Source: an uncultured delta proteobacterium (GTDB taxonomy: Bacteria; Desulfobacterota; Syntrophia; Syntrophales; Smithellaceae). Taken from it: DNA of 64,000 bases. The position numbers were made by a program, and so were the translations under genes. The stretch spans positions 32,001 to 96,000 of the forward strand of contig CAVWEH010000004.1 of assembly GCA_963753975.1 (NCBI GenBank). Direction: 5' to 3'. Below the pieces are notes generated by a model. It did no database searches and was not told the origin of the DNA. It saw only the letters and a list, made by a program, of their open reading frames with translations. Below are positions 21,137 through 32,184 of the stretch, piece by piece; positions within the stretch are counted from its first letter, which is position 1; every line of letters starts with the position of its first letter.

Positions 21137-22075
21137 TTGACCGAATCATATTCAGATGACAACTTTTTATTGGCACGTAAGTCACAAGCTCTGCACCTGC
21201 GCGCCAGACTAATTCAATGTATCCGTCTTTTTTTTATTGAACATGGATTTTTAGAAGTAGAAACTCCGCTGAGAATCCCATCACCCGCACCGGAAGAACA
21301 TATTGAAGCATTTCCTTCGGGCAATTGGTTTTTACAAACCTCCCCTGAACTTTACATGAAAAGGCTTCTGGCTTCCGGTTTTCCGCTGATTTTTCAAATC
21401 AGCAAATGTTTTCGCGCAGGCGAAAGAGGCAGCCTGCACTTGCCGGAATTCACTATGCTGGAATGGTATGTTGCCGGATTCGATTACTGGCAACTCATGT
21501 CACAATGCGAAGAGATGATCTTTGCGGTGGCGAATAACATGGACATTGCTGGACATTGTTTCTTTCGTAATAAAAAAATAAATTTGATACCGCCTTGGGG
21601 GAAAATTACCGTGCAGGAAGCTTTTGAAAAATACGCGCCGGTTACCCTGGAAGAAGCTCTCGTTGCCGATAAATTTGATGAAACCTTGGTTGATTATATC
21701 GAACCTCGACTGGGTATTAATAGACCTGTATTCCTTTATGACTATCCGGCAAAATTGGCCTCTCTCGCTAAATTAAAGAGAAGTGATCCATCTGTAAGCG
21801 AGCGCTTTGAGCTTTATATCGGCGGCATGGAGATTGCCAACGGTTTTTCCGAATTGAATGATGCCAAAGAACAGCGACAGAGGTTTGAAGAAGCCTTGCG
21901 GCGCCGCGCTAAAAAGAATTGGACGCAATATTCCATGCCGGAAAAATTCTTGAACTCACTAACCAGCTTGCCACCCAGTGCAGGCATTGCCTTAGGCGTT
22001 GACCGTTTGGCCATGATCGTCGCCAACGTTTTACAAATCGACGATATGATCTATTTTACACCGGAGATGCTTTAA
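21137..22075 (+). CDS. epmA: EF-P lysine aminoacylase EpmA/GenX
   Basis: LQTSPELYMKRL, HLPEFTMLEWY, ERFELY, GIALGVDRL motifs; no anticodon-binding domain. Confidence 0.95.
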   Translation: MTESYSDDNFLLARKSQALHLRARLIQCIRLFFIEHGFLEVETPLRIPSPAPEEHIEAFPSGNWFLQTSPELYMKRLLASGFPLIFQISKCFRAGERGSLHLPEFTMLEWYVAGFDYWQLMSQCEEMIFAVANNMDIAGHCFFRNKKINLIPPWGKITVQEAFEKYAPVTLEEALVADKFDETLVDYIEPRLGINRPVFLYDYPAKLASLAKLKRSDPSVSERFELYIGGMEIANGFSELNDAKEQRQRFEEALRRRAKKNWTQYSMPEKFLNSLTSLPPSAGIALGVDRLAMIVANVLQIDDMIYFTPEML

Positions 22076-22248
22076 ATTCAGCAAGCTATTTTTAATATAC
22101 GGCAATTTCAAATCTCTCCAAAGGGTTGCTCACTGACCATCCTTTGCAAACGGATAGACGTGGCAAAACCAAAAAAGATTCATTGACAAGGGCATAATTT
22201 TCCTTTAGGTTACGCTCCGAGTTTCAATTACATTTTGGAGATAAAAAC

Positions 22249-22971
22249 GTGAAAGATATTGGTTCTTTAGATTTAAGTGGTAATTTTCATGGTAGCCTTT
22301 TAGGCATGGTCCTTGATGCCGGGCTCATGGTTAAATTTGTCTTGCTGATCCTGCTCATTTTTTCTGTCGTTTCCTGGGCGATCATTTTCTTGAAATACAA
22401 ATATTATCGTAACATTAAAAAAGAAAATGACGAATTTAATTCGGACTATATGCGTAGCAGCAAACTATCCGATATTCACCTGGCTGCTAAAAAATATAAA
22501 GCTTCTACAATGGCAGAAGTTTTCCGTGTCGGTTATGAGGAACTCACAAAAATAAATAAACCCCTGAAGGAATCGGAACATGCGGCTGATGAAATTAGTC
22601 TTTCCTCCTTGGATAATGTGGAGAGATCTCTAAACAACGCCGGCAACACGGAAATGACTAAGCTGGAAAGCGCCTTAGGATTCCTCGCCACAACCGGTTC
22701 GGCCAGTCCCTTTATTGGCTTATTCGGCACAGTATGGGGTATTATGGACACTTTTCAAGGGATAGGCGCACGTGGTTCAGCAACTCTAGCTGTTGTCGCC
22801 CCCGGCATTTCCGAAGCTCTTATTGCCACAGCTGCGGGACTTGCCGCGGCTATACCGGCTGTCATTTTTTATAATTACTTTTTGAATAAGTCCAAAACAA
22901 TGGTTCAGGAAATGGATAATTTTGCCGCCGAATTTTTAAACATTGTCGAGCGGTATTTTGTTCGCAAATAA
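22249..22971 (+). CDS. tolQ: TolQ
   Basis: SPFIGLFGTVWGIM, APGISEALIATA motifs. Confidence 0.95.
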   Translation: MKDIGSLDLSGNFHGSLLGMVLDAGLMVKFVLLILLIFSVVSWAIIFLKYKYYRNIKKENDEFNSDYMRSSKLSDIHLAAKKYKASTMAEVFRVGYEELTKINKPLKESEHAADEISLSSLDNVERSLNNAGNTEMTKLESALGFLATTGSASPFIGLFGTVWGIMDTFQGIGARGSATLAVVAPGISEALIATAAGLAAAIPAVIFYNYFLNKSKTMVQEMDNFAAEFLNIVERYFVRK

Positions 22972-22992
22972 ATGTTTAGGAATTAATCAGTC

Positions 22993-23415
22993 ATGCGCAG
23001 CTTACGTAAAAGAAACACCGGGAATAAAGCTCTGGCGGAAATTAACGTTACTCCTTTAGTCGATGTTGTGTTGGTTCTCTTAATTATTTTTATGGTTACG
23101 GCCCCAATGCTTTCCATGGGCATTGACGTCAACCTGCCGAAAGTCAAATCCAGGAGTGTCGATGTCACTGAAGAAAAACTTGTCTTAACTATCACCGAAG
23201 CCAGAGAAATATTTTTGAATAAAACCAAGATGCAACTTGGCGAACTAAATTCAAAGCTCGAAGCAATTTTTTCCAACAGAATCGATCGCGAGGTTTTTCT
23301 GCGAGCCGATAAAAATGTTCCTTACGGATTTGTTGTCGAAGTCATGTCGGAAGTGCGCAAAGCCGGCGTTGATAAATTAGGACTGATTACGGAACCGCCC
23401 GAGGGAGCAAAATGA
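22993..23415 (+). CDS. tolR: TolR
   Basis: EINVTPLVDVVLVLLIIFMVTAP, LRADK..YG motifs. Confidence 0.95.
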   Translation: MRSLRKRNTGNKALAEINVTPLVDVVLVLLIIFMVTAPMLSMGIDVNLPKVKSRSVDVTEEKLVLTITEAREIFLNKTKMQLGELNSKLEAIFSNRIDREVFLRADKNVPYGFVVEVMSEVRKAGVDKLGLITEPPEGAK

Positions 23416-24146
23416 AGCCCCGGATGCTTAATAAAGGCTTTCGCGGCAATACCGGCGGCAACATTTACAACATGGTTTTCCTCTCTGCAATAATCCATTT
23501 GGTCGTTATTACTGCGGTTCTTATCGCGGTTCCTTCATCCTCGAAACATTTGACTTTTGGGCCTGTTTATTCTGTCCAACTTGTGGGTCCCGACATAACG
23601 CTGCCAAGAGATTCATCTCTGATGCAGGATATTCTGCAAACAAATGAGCCGGCAAGCCCAATAATATTAAAGAGGGAAGTTACGGGCCTTACTGCGACAC
23701 CAACCAAGAAAGAAGAAACCAACAAATTAAATATTGAGAAAGCTGTCAGCGCAATCAAGCAAAAAGATTTAAATCAGCAGAAAGCTTCTGCCGCAAATTC
23801 TAAAACAGGTGTTTCTGCCTCTGTTAAGGGAGGGAGTCCACAGGCAGAAGCTAATTCACAAAAGAATGAATATACAGCAATTATCCGTTCACGGATTAAA
23901 GGAAACTGGAGCCTGCCGCCGGCGTTGATGCCTAAAGAAAATATAGAAACAATCATCGACGTCAGAATCTCGCGCAACGGCGTTCTGGAATATATCGGCT
24001 TGGAAAAAAACTCGGGTAACCGCTACTTTGATGATTCTGCCCTCAAAGCGGTTAAGAAATCCAGTCCTTTCCCGCCATTTGCGTCCTTTCTCATAGATAA
24101 CTATATTGAAATCGGCATCCGTTTTCATTCTGCAGAATTACGCTAA
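23412..24146 (+). CDS. tolA: TolA/TonB-family energy transducer
   Basis: N-terminal TM helix with S-x3-H and C-terminal SGN..FD.SAL.AV..SSPFPP; sits between tolR and tolB. Confidence 0.82.
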   Translation: MKPRMLNKGFRGNTGGNIYNMVFLSAIIHLVVITAVLIAVPSSSKHLTFGPVYSVQLVGPDITLPRDSSLMQDILQTNEPASPIILKREVTGLTATPTKKEETNKLNIEKAVSAIKQKDLNQQKASAANSKTGVSASVKGGSPQAEANSQKNEYTAIIRSRIKGNWSLPPALMPKENIETIIDVRISRNGVLEYIGLEKNSGNRYFDDSALKAVKKSSPFPPFASFLIDNYIEIGIRFHSAELR

Positions 24147-24173
24147 AAAAGGAAAAGTAAAACTAAACTCTTA

Positions 24174-25499
24174 ATGAAAATAATAAACTCAACAATAGCT
24201 TTTATAGTGTTTCTCTGCGGATTCCTAATTTTCGCCAATAGCGCCTCCGCAAAGATTTATATTGACATAGATTCCCCTAACTTTCAGCAATTCCCTATAG
24301 CCATTTGCGACTTCAACAACTTATCAACACGTGCCGAGGAACCATCTGAAATAGGCGTCACTCTCGCTGACGAAATCAAAAAATATTTGGCAATGACCGG
24401 CATTTTCAACATTTTAAATAAGAAAAGTTTCTTAGAAGAAAAAAATACCGCGAATTTGGCGGTAATAGAAAATATTCGTTTTTCTGATTGGGCAACTATC
24501 GGGGCCGACTATTTACTTCGAGGAAACATAACTGGAAGCGATAAAAAAATTATTGCCGAGTGCCGCTTTTTCGACGTTACCAAGGGAGAATCTCTGTTTA
24601 ATAAGAAATACGATTTTAAAATCGGCGAGGAAAAAGAGATTGCAAAAAAGGTGGCTTCTGATATTTTATTTACACTTACCGGTGATGAAGGCGAGTTTAA
24701 CACCAAAATTGCGTTTATTTCTAAAAAAGCTTCCAAAGCTGATATATATACCGTCAGCTACGACGGATCAGATATAAATAACATTACCAATCATCAAACA
24801 ATTATACTTTCACCGCGTTGGTCGCCCGATGGAAATTTACTTGCTTTTACCTCTTTTAAAGATGGTCACCCCAAAGTCTATATTCGAAATCTAAAAACCG
24901 GTATGGAAAGAAAAGTGGCGTCTTTTGAAGGACTTAATTTGTGCGGTTCTTTTTCGCCGGACGGCAAAAAATTATTGTTAACTCTCAGCAAGGACGATAA
25001 CGAAGAGATATACGCCTTGGAAACAGAAACCGCAAAGCTTAAACGGCTGACTCATGACTATTCCATCGATGTGTCTCCGACCTGGTCGCCGGACGGCCGA
25101 AAAATAGCTTTTGTTTCTAATCGCTCCGGTTCGCCCCAAATTTATACAATGGATGCTGATGGTGATAATGTAAAAAGAATAACTTATGAAGGTAATTATA
25201 ACACATCCCCTTCCTGGTCTCCACGCGGAGGCCGTATTGCTTATGAAGGAATGATCAACGGCAAATATCAAATTTTCTCCGTGGATGAAGATGGCAATAA
25301 CCTCCTGCAATTAACTTTTGATACCGCGAGGAACGAATCACCATCATGGTCACCATCGGGGCGGCAAATTGTCTACAGTTCGAAAACAGCTTCCAAAAGC
25401 AGAATTTGTATCATGAATGCGAATGGTCTAAATATAAGAATTCTTTATGAAAGCAACGATATTTTGACCATGCCTATGTGGTCGCCGCGATTTAAATAA
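24174..25499 (+). CDS. tolB: Tol-Pal beta-propeller protein TolB
   Basis: Repeated P-x-WSPDG blades, VSNRSGSPQIY. Confidence 0.95.
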   Translation: MKIINSTIAFIVFLCGFLIFANSASAKIYIDIDSPNFQQFPIAICDFNNLSTRAEEPSEIGVTLADEIKKYLAMTGIFNILNKKSFLEEKNTANLAVIENIRFSDWATIGADYLLRGNITGSDKKIIAECRFFDVTKGESLFNKKYDFKIGEEKEIAKKVASDILFTLTGDEGEFNTKIAFISKKASKADIYTVSYDGSDINNITNHQTIILSPRWSPDGNLLAFTSFKDGHPKVYIRNLKTGMERKVASFEGLNLCGSFSPDGKKLLLTLSKDDNEEIYALETETAKLKRLTHDYSIDVSPTWSPDGRKIAFVSNRSGSPQIYTMDADGDNVKRITYEGNYNTSPSWSPRGGRIAYEGMINGKYQIFSVDEDGNNLLQLTFDTARNESPSWSPSGRQIVYSSKTASKSRICIMNANGLNIRILYESNDILTMPMWSPRFK

Positions 25500-25700
25500 G
25501 TTTTTGCTTTATGAATTACATTATGATTAAGTATTAAAGTAGAAAGGGTTTTGAAAAACGGCTGTTACTTAGTAGTCTTACTAAATGTTTACAATATTTT
25601 GCAGCAATTTTTTGTTGACGGCACTGTGTTAATTGTGTTTAAGTACCAAACATTTTTTTATTATGATAAATTTATTTAGGACCAAGAAAGGAGAGCGATA

Positions 25701-26222
25701 ATGAAAGAGAATATAACGTTGGTAGGGATATCCATCATAGTTCTATTTGCGCTAATAATATTTAATGGTTGCGCCGAACAAAAGGCGGTAGTCACCGAGG
25801 GTACTACTCAGGAACAGGCTGCGCCTGCACAATCAGCCGCGACAACTTCGGAACAGTCTGCTAAAGTGGAACCGGCGGTAACAGCAGAAACTGCAGTGAA
25901 AGACATCTTCTTCGATTTTGACAAATCGAATATCCGCCCCGATGCCCGCGAAACTCTCAAAGGTGATGCCGATTTCTTGCTCAAAAATAACAACTCTAAC
26001 ATCGTTATAGAAGGACATTGCGATGAACGAGGAACTGCCGAATACAACATGGCTCTCGGGCAAAGACGAGCTCAGGAAACAAAGAAATATTTAGTCAATC
26101 TGGGTATTAAAGAACCGAGAATAAAAACTATCAGCTACGGTGAAGAACGTCCCTTCGACCCTGGCCACGATGAAGAAGCCTGGGCTAAGAACAGACGCGC
26201 CCATTTTCTTATCACTCCATAA
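25701..26222 (+). CDS. pal: Peptidoglycan-associated lipoprotein
   Basis: Lipobox (FNGC), [24 protein letters not shown] motifs. Confidence 0.96.
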   Translation: MKENITLVGISIIVLFALIIFNGCAEQKAVVTEGTTQEQAAPAQSAATTSEQSAKVEPAVTAETAVKDIFFDFDKSNIRPDARETLKGDADFLLKNNNSNIVIEGHCDERGTAEYNMALGQRRAQETKKYLVNLGIKEPRIKTISYGEERPFDPGHDEEAWAKNRRAHFLITP

Positions 26223-26240
26223 TATTAATTTTTTAATGAG

Positions 26241-27065
26241 GTGAAAGACTTGAGAAATTATGTTTGTCTCTTTTTAATTGTTATAGTATTGTCGGTTACC
26301 GGTTGTGCCACTACTTCGGATTTAAAAGCAGTTAAGGCTGATTTAAACCAGAAATTGGAAGAAAAGCTGGCCGCTATGGATGCCGAGTTAGCTGCGATGA
26401 AAAAAACTTCTGCAAATTTGGAATCGATGCGCAAGGGACAAGCCAACACAGCGGCGGATATTGCAGATTTGCGGGATAATCTACAGCAACTGCGCGGTCA
26501 GGTTGAATCATTAAAAAAGGATTTCGCTGTAAACACAAAGAAGGAAGAAGAAGCCTTTGATAATATTCTTCTGAAAGTCAATTTTATCGAAAACTTTCTG
26601 GAAATAGGAAAAAAAGATGTTGTCAACGAAACTCCCGATAAAAGCAGTAAACCTACCGGGACTGCTGTTACTAAAGACCAGATAAAAAAACAAGATAATG
26701 AGAAGGCCTACTCGGCGGCTTATCAAACCTTCAAAGAAGGCAATTACGATAAGGCTCGGACCGAGTTTCAAAATTTTTTAGCTGCTTATCCAGGCAGCGA
26801 GTATTCCGATAATGCTCAATTCTGGATTGGTGAATGTTATTTTTTTGAAAAAAAATATGAGCAAGCAATTTTGGAATACGAAAAAGTAGCTAAAAATTAT
26901 CCTAACGGCGGCAAAGTTCCTTATGCTTTATTAAAGCAAGGTCTTTCCTTCTTCAAGTTGGGAGACAAAACAAGCGCAAAGTTGCTTTTACAACAGGTAA
27001 TTAAAGATTATCCGAATACCAATCAGGCACGCATAGCGCGCTCGAAACTGCAAGAAATAAAATAA
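26241..27065 (+). CDS. cpoB: Tol-Pal system protein CpoB/YbgF
   Basis: Lipobox (VTGC), coiled coil, TPR with NAQFWIGECY; follows pal. Confidence 0.92.
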   Translation: MKDLRNYVCLFLIVIVLSVTGCATTSDLKAVKADLNQKLEEKLAAMDAELAAMKKTSANLESMRKGQANTAADIADLRDNLQQLRGQVESLKKDFAVNTKKEEEAFDNILLKVNFIENFLEIGKKDVVNETPDKSSKPTGTAVTKDQIKKQDNEKAYSAAYQTFKEGNYDKARTEFQNFLAAYPGSEYSDNAQFWIGECYFFEKKYEQAILEYEKVAKNYPNGGKVPYALLKQGLSFFKLGDKTSAKLLLQQVIKDYPNTNQARIARSKLQEIK

Positions 27066-27089
27066 TTAATTTCTTACGGATAAAAATAT

Positions 27090-27122
27090 AAAAAAAGGGG
27101 GCAATTTAACCCCCTTTTTTTT
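27090..27122. terminator. Bidirectional intrinsic terminator
   Basis: A-tract-GGGGG...CCCCC-T-tract between convergent genes. Confidence 0.85.
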
Positions 27123-27133
27123 ATATCAAGAAC

Positions 27134-27916
27134 TTAATCCAGCAAAATTAATTTCACACCTAGTGGCATCTTCAGATCAAAAATTGCGAGAGTAGTTGCC
27201 TTTTCGATTTTAGATTCGGAATACTTTACGGAAATAGAAGTTATGCCGTCAGCCATGTTGATGGTAATTTTTCCCGGAACGGGGCTATCCGGCGTATAGT
27301 CTTCGTATTTTACATCATATATTTCCTGGCCAAATTCATTTAAACTAACGAGTTTCGACAAATGATTATTCTCCCCCACCCATAATATTTGCGACTTGCC
27401 AGATGGCGATTTCATTTCTATGCGCAAAAAATTATTCTCTTGATAGCTTTGATAGGATTCAATCCCTTCCGTAATAGGAGGAAAAGCGCCGGTGAAAACC
27501 ATTACTATATCTGCAATATCAAATTGCCACGGCAGGAAACGAGCCAGATTTGCGGCGGTTGGTTTGCCGCGATAAAATTCCCCCCTGGAAGGAATAAAGA
27601 TAGACATTTCAGCCGGTGAGGAGCTCAGAAAAAAATCAGGCGTTCCGATAATCGGCAGTAGTTCCAACCTCAGATATGATGGCTTTCTAATGACTATGGC
27701 TGCCCGTACCGAATGATAACCATGAGGTGTAACCAAATCAATTTGCGCCATAGCGCTCAATACGTCATTTTCGGCCATAGCGCCGGAAACGGCCAGCAGA
27801 ACTTTTTCTATTCGAGAATCGGGCTTAATGACTGCCCGTTGAATACAGCCACTGGTAAGTATCACCGACAATAAAATAATAATTAATTTTAGCAAGCGGA
27901 AATGCATATTATACAT
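27134..27916 (-). CDS. Putative lipoprotein, LolA/LolB-like (DUF4292-type)
   Basis: Lipobox LTSGC, beta-rich; follows a TPR gene, a common arrangement for LolB-like genes. Confidence 0.6.
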   Translation of the reverse strand: MYNMHFRLLKLIIILLSVILTSGCIQRAVIKPDSRIEKVLLAVSGAMAENDVLSAMAQIDLVTPHGYHSVRAAIVIRKPSYLRLELLPIIGTPDFFLSSSPAEMSIFIPSRGEFYRGKPTAANLARFLPWQFDIADIVMVFTGAFPPITEGIESYQSYQENNFLRIEMKSPSGKSQILWVGENNHLSKLVSLNEFGQEIYDVKYEDYTPDSPVPGKITINMADGITSISVKYSESKIEKATTLAIFDLKMPLGVKLILLD

Positions 27917-27963
27917 AGAGGGAATATTTTACAAAAATAATATGTGGATAAAAATTTTTACTT

Positions 27964-29667
27964 CTATTTATTCCTGATTAACTCTTCCAGCTTCTTTTGC
28001 AACAAACCATTTTGGGGATCAAGCTTAAGCGCTTTATTATACATTTCCTGCGCTTCTTTGATTTTACCCAGCTTCTCATACACATCGCCCAGATGCTCCG
28101 TAATGTTTGCATCGTTCGGCAAAAGCTCCAACGCTCGTTTTAAATTTTTTACGGCGCTATCCATCTTGTTTTGTTTAAAATGCACCCAGCCAAGACTATC
28201 GATCATGTACGCATTGTCCGGTTTGATTTTTAAAGCCTTGATAATCATTTTTTCCGCTTCCTCCAGATTCATGCCACGATCAGCATAACTGTACCCGATA
28301 AAATTAAGCGCTTCGGCATTTTCCGGATCGAGTTTCAAAACTAGCTCCATCTCTTTAATGCTCTCTGGAAAACGATTTATTTTTTCATAAATTACGCCTA
28401 AAGCATAGTGCAAATCCACGCTTTGAGGAAAAAAGCTGAGGCCATCATCTAAAATCTTTATAGCCTTAGGGTTGTCTTTTGTTTCTTCATAAAGTGACGA
28501 CAAATAAAGGTATAGAGAAATCTGGTCTTTCTTTTTTTTAAGGGCTCCATTTAGCAAATCGATGGCCGCAGTTATTTTGCCTTCCTTTTTAAGGATCATA
28601 GCGGCATGAATTTGAGCACTGGCGTATAATTCGGATGAAGTTACAGGGATTTTCCTATATTCATCGAGAGCCGATTTGTTATCGCCTTTTTCCTCATAAA
28701 CACTGGCCAATAGGTAACGAATCCTATTATCATTAATGTTTCTCTCCAGAACTGTGGAAAATTCAGCCACAGCTGAATCAAAGCGGCGTAGGTCATAATA
28801 TAGAACACCTAACGCGATTCGCACTTCGCGATTATCGGGATCGGATTTCAAGACTTCCTGGAATTCTTTTTGCGCTTCTTCATATTTATTTTCTTTAACC
28901 AGAAGCTCTCCTATTTTAATCCGCAAATTTACGCGTGCCGGGTTTATTTCCAAATAATTGCGATAGACTTCGATAGCTTTATCGATTTTCTCTTGTTTTT
29001 CGTATAACGCAGCCAAGTCATACACAGCCAACTCAAAATATGGTTTTAAGGATAAAACTTTTTTAAACATCTTTTCTGCATCTTCATACCGTTTCATATC
29101 CATCAACACTTTACCATAGTAATAAATACCTGTGATATGGTCCGGATCGATTTTCAACATTTTTTTAAAGGTTTCTTCAGCTTTGGTAAAATTATTTTCT
29201 GCAGCGTAAATAGTCGCCAAATAAAGATAGGCAATCATGTTTTTTGGATCGAGTTCAATTACCTTTTTGTTTTCTATAATAGCTTTGTCATATTGCCGGA
29301 GACTGGTGTATAATCCGCCCATAATCAGATGGAGTTCGATGTTTTGCGGATTTTTTGATATGGTTTTTTCACCCAGAGAAATGGCGCGGTCGAGATCGCC
29401 CTTTTCCGCATACAGGGATACAAGCTCGGTTAAAAGATAAGAAGAGTCCGGATCAGCAGCGACAGCCTTTTCTAATTCAATAGTCGCTTCGTCTATTTTA
29501 CCCTCCAGACGTAAAAGGACTCCCAATGAATAGTGGGTCATAGCATCTGCCGAGTTGCTTTCCGTATATTCAGAAGGAAACCGAACCGTCTTTATATAGC
29601 TGCAACCGGAGATATTTATGACAATCAAAACAGTTATTAATATTAAATAAGTTATTTTTTTCTGCAT
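27964..29667 (-). CDS. Tetratricopeptide-repeat lipoprotein
   Basis: Many TPR units; ALNFIGYSYADRG, DSLGWVHF, EHLGDVY motifs. Confidence 0.9.
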   Translation of the reverse strand: MQKKITYLILITVLIVINISGCSYIKTVRFPSEYTESNSADAMTHYSLGVLLRLEGKIDEATIELEKAVAADPDSSYLLTELVSLYAEKGDLDRAISLGEKTISKNPQNIELHLIMGGLYTSLRQYDKAIIENKKVIELDPKNMIAYLYLATIYAAENNFTKAEETFKKMLKIDPDHITGIYYYGKVLMDMKRYEDAEKMFKKVLSLKPYFELAVYDLAALYEKQEKIDKAIEVYRNYLEINPARVNLRIKIGELLVKENKYEEAQKEFQEVLKSDPDNREVRIALGVLYYDLRRFDSAVAEFSTVLERNINDNRIRYLLASVYEEKGDNKSALDEYRKIPVTSSELYASAQIHAAMILKKEGKITAAIDLLNGALKKKKDQISLYLYLSSLYEETKDNPKAIKILDDGLSFFPQSVDLHYALGVIYEKINRFPESIKEMELVLKLDPENAEALNFIGYSYADRGMNLEEAEKMIIKALKIKPDNAYMIDSLGWVHFKQNKMDSAVKNLKRALELLPNDANITEHLGDVYEKLGKIKEAQEMYNKALKLDPQNGLLQKKLEELIRNK

Positions 29668-29718
29668 CTTGAACTAAAATTTCTTTTAATATTTTTTCTT
29701 TTTCATTAGCGCGCAATG

Positions 29719-30684
29719 CTAGGAAGATCCGAGGGCAGCTTTTGCTTTAATAATCTGCGACACCGGAACAATCAATATTCCCTTTTCTCGTAGGACCCTA
29801 GTCGCGTCTTTGATTGCCCGAATTGTTTCCGGATGTGGATGCCCGATAACGATCAGCGGCGATACATCGCCGTTGTTCTTAGAAATATTAATCAAATTAT
29901 TATAAATTTCATTATAGTCACGGTTGTTATCAAGAAATATTTTACGGGCCGCTACCGGCAAACCAACTTTTTGAGCCGCAGCAAAAGCCTCACTATCAGC
30001 TGCCGTGCGTGAATCGATAAAAAATAAATTCTTTTTCTTTAATTTACTAAAAATCAAAGCAAGCTTTTCTTTATCCTCCATAAATTTAGAACCCATATGG
30101 TTATTTATACCAACAATGTAAGGCACAGCTTCAATATCTTTTTCCAGCTGAAAAACCAATTCTTCATTGTTCATGTCCGTAAAAAGAGCCCCACTACCCG
30201 GCTTCTCGCGTGGATACGAAACCGGCTCCATCGGCAGATGTAAGAGTATCTCTTTATTAGCTTTATGTAGCATTTCCGCTGCTTCACGGCTATGAATTAA
30301 AAAAGGCAAAACAGAATATGTTATATCGGCATTAACTTTCAGTAATTCTTTAACCGGTACCAGATCATAGCCTATATCATCTATTATGATGGCTACTTGC
30401 CTTAGGGGCAAAGGCATCTTTTCTATTTTGGATACAACTATTTTCTTCTTTTCTTTTTTTTCTATCGGAATCGAGGCTGAAGTTTTTTCTTTTGCCGGTC
30501 TTGCGTTTACCGTTCGGGGAGTAATTGATTTGGGCGGTTCTATCTGCTTGGTTTCTCTTTTATTTTCTTTGATTACCGGCTGTTCTTCTTTAACTTGCAG
30601 CACATAAATTATTGCCGCAACCGATACAATTATAAGAAATATCAGTAATCCGTTCCCAAAACGGTTAAATCTTTTCCTTGTCAA
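29719..30684 (-). CDS. Divergent polysaccharide deacetylase (YibQ family)
   Basis: IIIDDIG, LHLPMEP, NNHMGS, FIDSRT, IGHP motifs. Confidence 0.92.
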   Translation of the reverse strand: MTRKRFNRFGNGLLIFLIIVSVAAIIYVLQVKEEQPVIKENKRETKQIEPPKSITPRTVNARPAKEKTSASIPIEKKEKKKIVVSKIEKMPLPLRQVAIIIDDIGYDLVPVKELLKVNADITYSVLPFLIHSREAAEMLHKANKEILLHLPMEPVSYPREKPGSGALFTDMNNEELVFQLEKDIEAVPYIVGINNHMGSKFMEDKEKLALIFSKLKKKNLFFIDSRTAADSEAFAAAQKVGLPVAARKIFLDNNRDYNEIYNNLINISKNNGDVSPLIVIGHPHPETIRAIKDATRVLREKGILIVPVSQIIKAKAALGSS

Positions 30685-30716
30685 TTATAACAGCCCTTCC
30701 TTAAGAAAAAAGAGAA

Positions 30717-32060
30717 TCAGCTTCCGAGATTTTGTTTCATTATATCCCAGCTTTTTAGTATATCCACCGCTGTTTTGAGTTGATTATCATTGGAAAGATC
30801 AGCAGAATCGTGGGTATCTTTAACCGGGGATTCATCAAACTTTGTACCATCTTCTTTCGCTGGTTTTATATGACCTTTAAGGTCTTTTTCTCTAATTCGA
30901 TCTTCGTGCAGCAAGCTGTTGTTTTCCGCGTCTTCCGCCGGCGCCGGCTTGATGTATTTGACAACTATGTCCGGTTTGATACCCTCGGCCTGAATAGATC
31001 GGCCCTTGGGCGTGTAATACCTTGCCGTAGTCAGCTTGAGAGCGGAGCCGTCTTCCAACGAAATAACGGTTTGGACAGATGCTTTACCAAAAGTTTGCGT
31101 TCCAATAATCAAAGCACGACCGTTATCCTGCAGAGCTCCGGCAACAATCTCCGCTGCACTGGCCGTTCCTTCGTTGACCAGAACAACTATCGGACAACTT
31201 ATTTCATTGCCGTTGTTCTTGGCCATTGCCGTTGTCTCCATGTTCTTCGTACGCCCGCGAGTGGAAACAATAATTCCTGACTTAAGGAACATATCGGAAA
31301 CTTCAATCGCCTGAATCAATAATCCACCCGGATCGTTTCTCAAATCCAGAACCAAACCCTTCAGCGGCTGGAGTTTTTCGCTAATTTCCCGCAAAGCTTT
31401 ACGTAGATCATCGGCTGTCCTTTCATTAAAAGAAGCAATACGGATGTATCCGATATTGTCTTCAAATATTTCGGACTTAACGCTCTTGATCTGAATGATC
31501 GCACGGGTCAACACAATATCTTTGGGTTTGGGCATATTTTCCCGCATTATTGTAATTGTAACCTTTGTATCCTTAGGCCCCCGTAATTTCTGTACAGCTT
31601 CCATAATGGTAATATCTTTCGTCGATTTACCATCAATTTTGATTATCTGGTCTCCCGACTTTACACCGGCGTTAAACGCAGGAGTATCTTCAATGGGAGA
31701 AACAACCGTCAAAATATCCTTCAATATTGTGATTTCAATGCCAATGCCGCCAAACTGTCCTTGAGTTTCCACCTCCAGTTCTTTATATAACTCCGGCGTC
31801 ATAAAGGAACTGTGGGGATCGAGAGTTCTGATCATTCCGTTGATTGCGCCCCGTATTAATGTCGCTGAATCCACCTCGTCAACATAGTTTTTCTTCACTA
31901 TGTCGAAAACTTCGTTGAATATCTTAATATCTTTGTAGGTGCCTTTATCCAGTGCGGAAACCTTGCTGTCATTGTATGGCCCCAGAAGGATAAATACTCC
32001 CAGGCAAATAACTACCAGCAAAGAAAAACTTGTTGATATTTTTTTCATAATATTCCTCAC
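30717..32060 (-). CDS. ctpA: Carboxyl-terminal processing protease (S41)
   Basis: LDPHS, PDZ domain, DLRNDPGG, TASAAEIVAGALQD, FGKASVQ motifs. Confidence 0.93.
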   Translation of the reverse strand: MRNIMKKISTSFSLLVVICLGVFILLGPYNDSKVSALDKGTYKDIKIFNEVFDIVKKNYVDEVDSATLIRGAINGMIRTLDPHSSFMTPELYKELEVETQGQFGGIGIEITILKDILTVVSPIEDTPAFNAGVKSGDQIIKIDGKSTKDITIMEAVQKLRGPKDTKVTITIMRENMPKPKDIVLTRAIIQIKSVKSEIFEDNIGYIRIASFNERTADDLRKALREISEKLQPLKGLVLDLRNDPGGLLIQAIEVSDMFLKSGIIVSTRGRTKNMETTAMAKNNGNEISCPIVVLVNEGTASAAEIVAGALQDNGRALIIGTQTFGKASVQTVISLEDGSALKLTTARYYTPKGRSIQAEGIKPDIVVKYIKPAPAEDAENNSLLHEDRIREKDLKGHIKPAKEDGTKFDESPVKDTHDSADLSNDNQLKTAVDILKSWDIMKQNLGS

Positions 32061-32184
32061 AATATTGAAGATATAGTAGCTGTACTTATATCACTTTCTG
32101 TAATATTTGCTACATTTTTCGGAAACAAAGAATAAAAAAATTAAGATTCTTCAGTTATGTTGGATAAGATGTAAAAACTTTGTG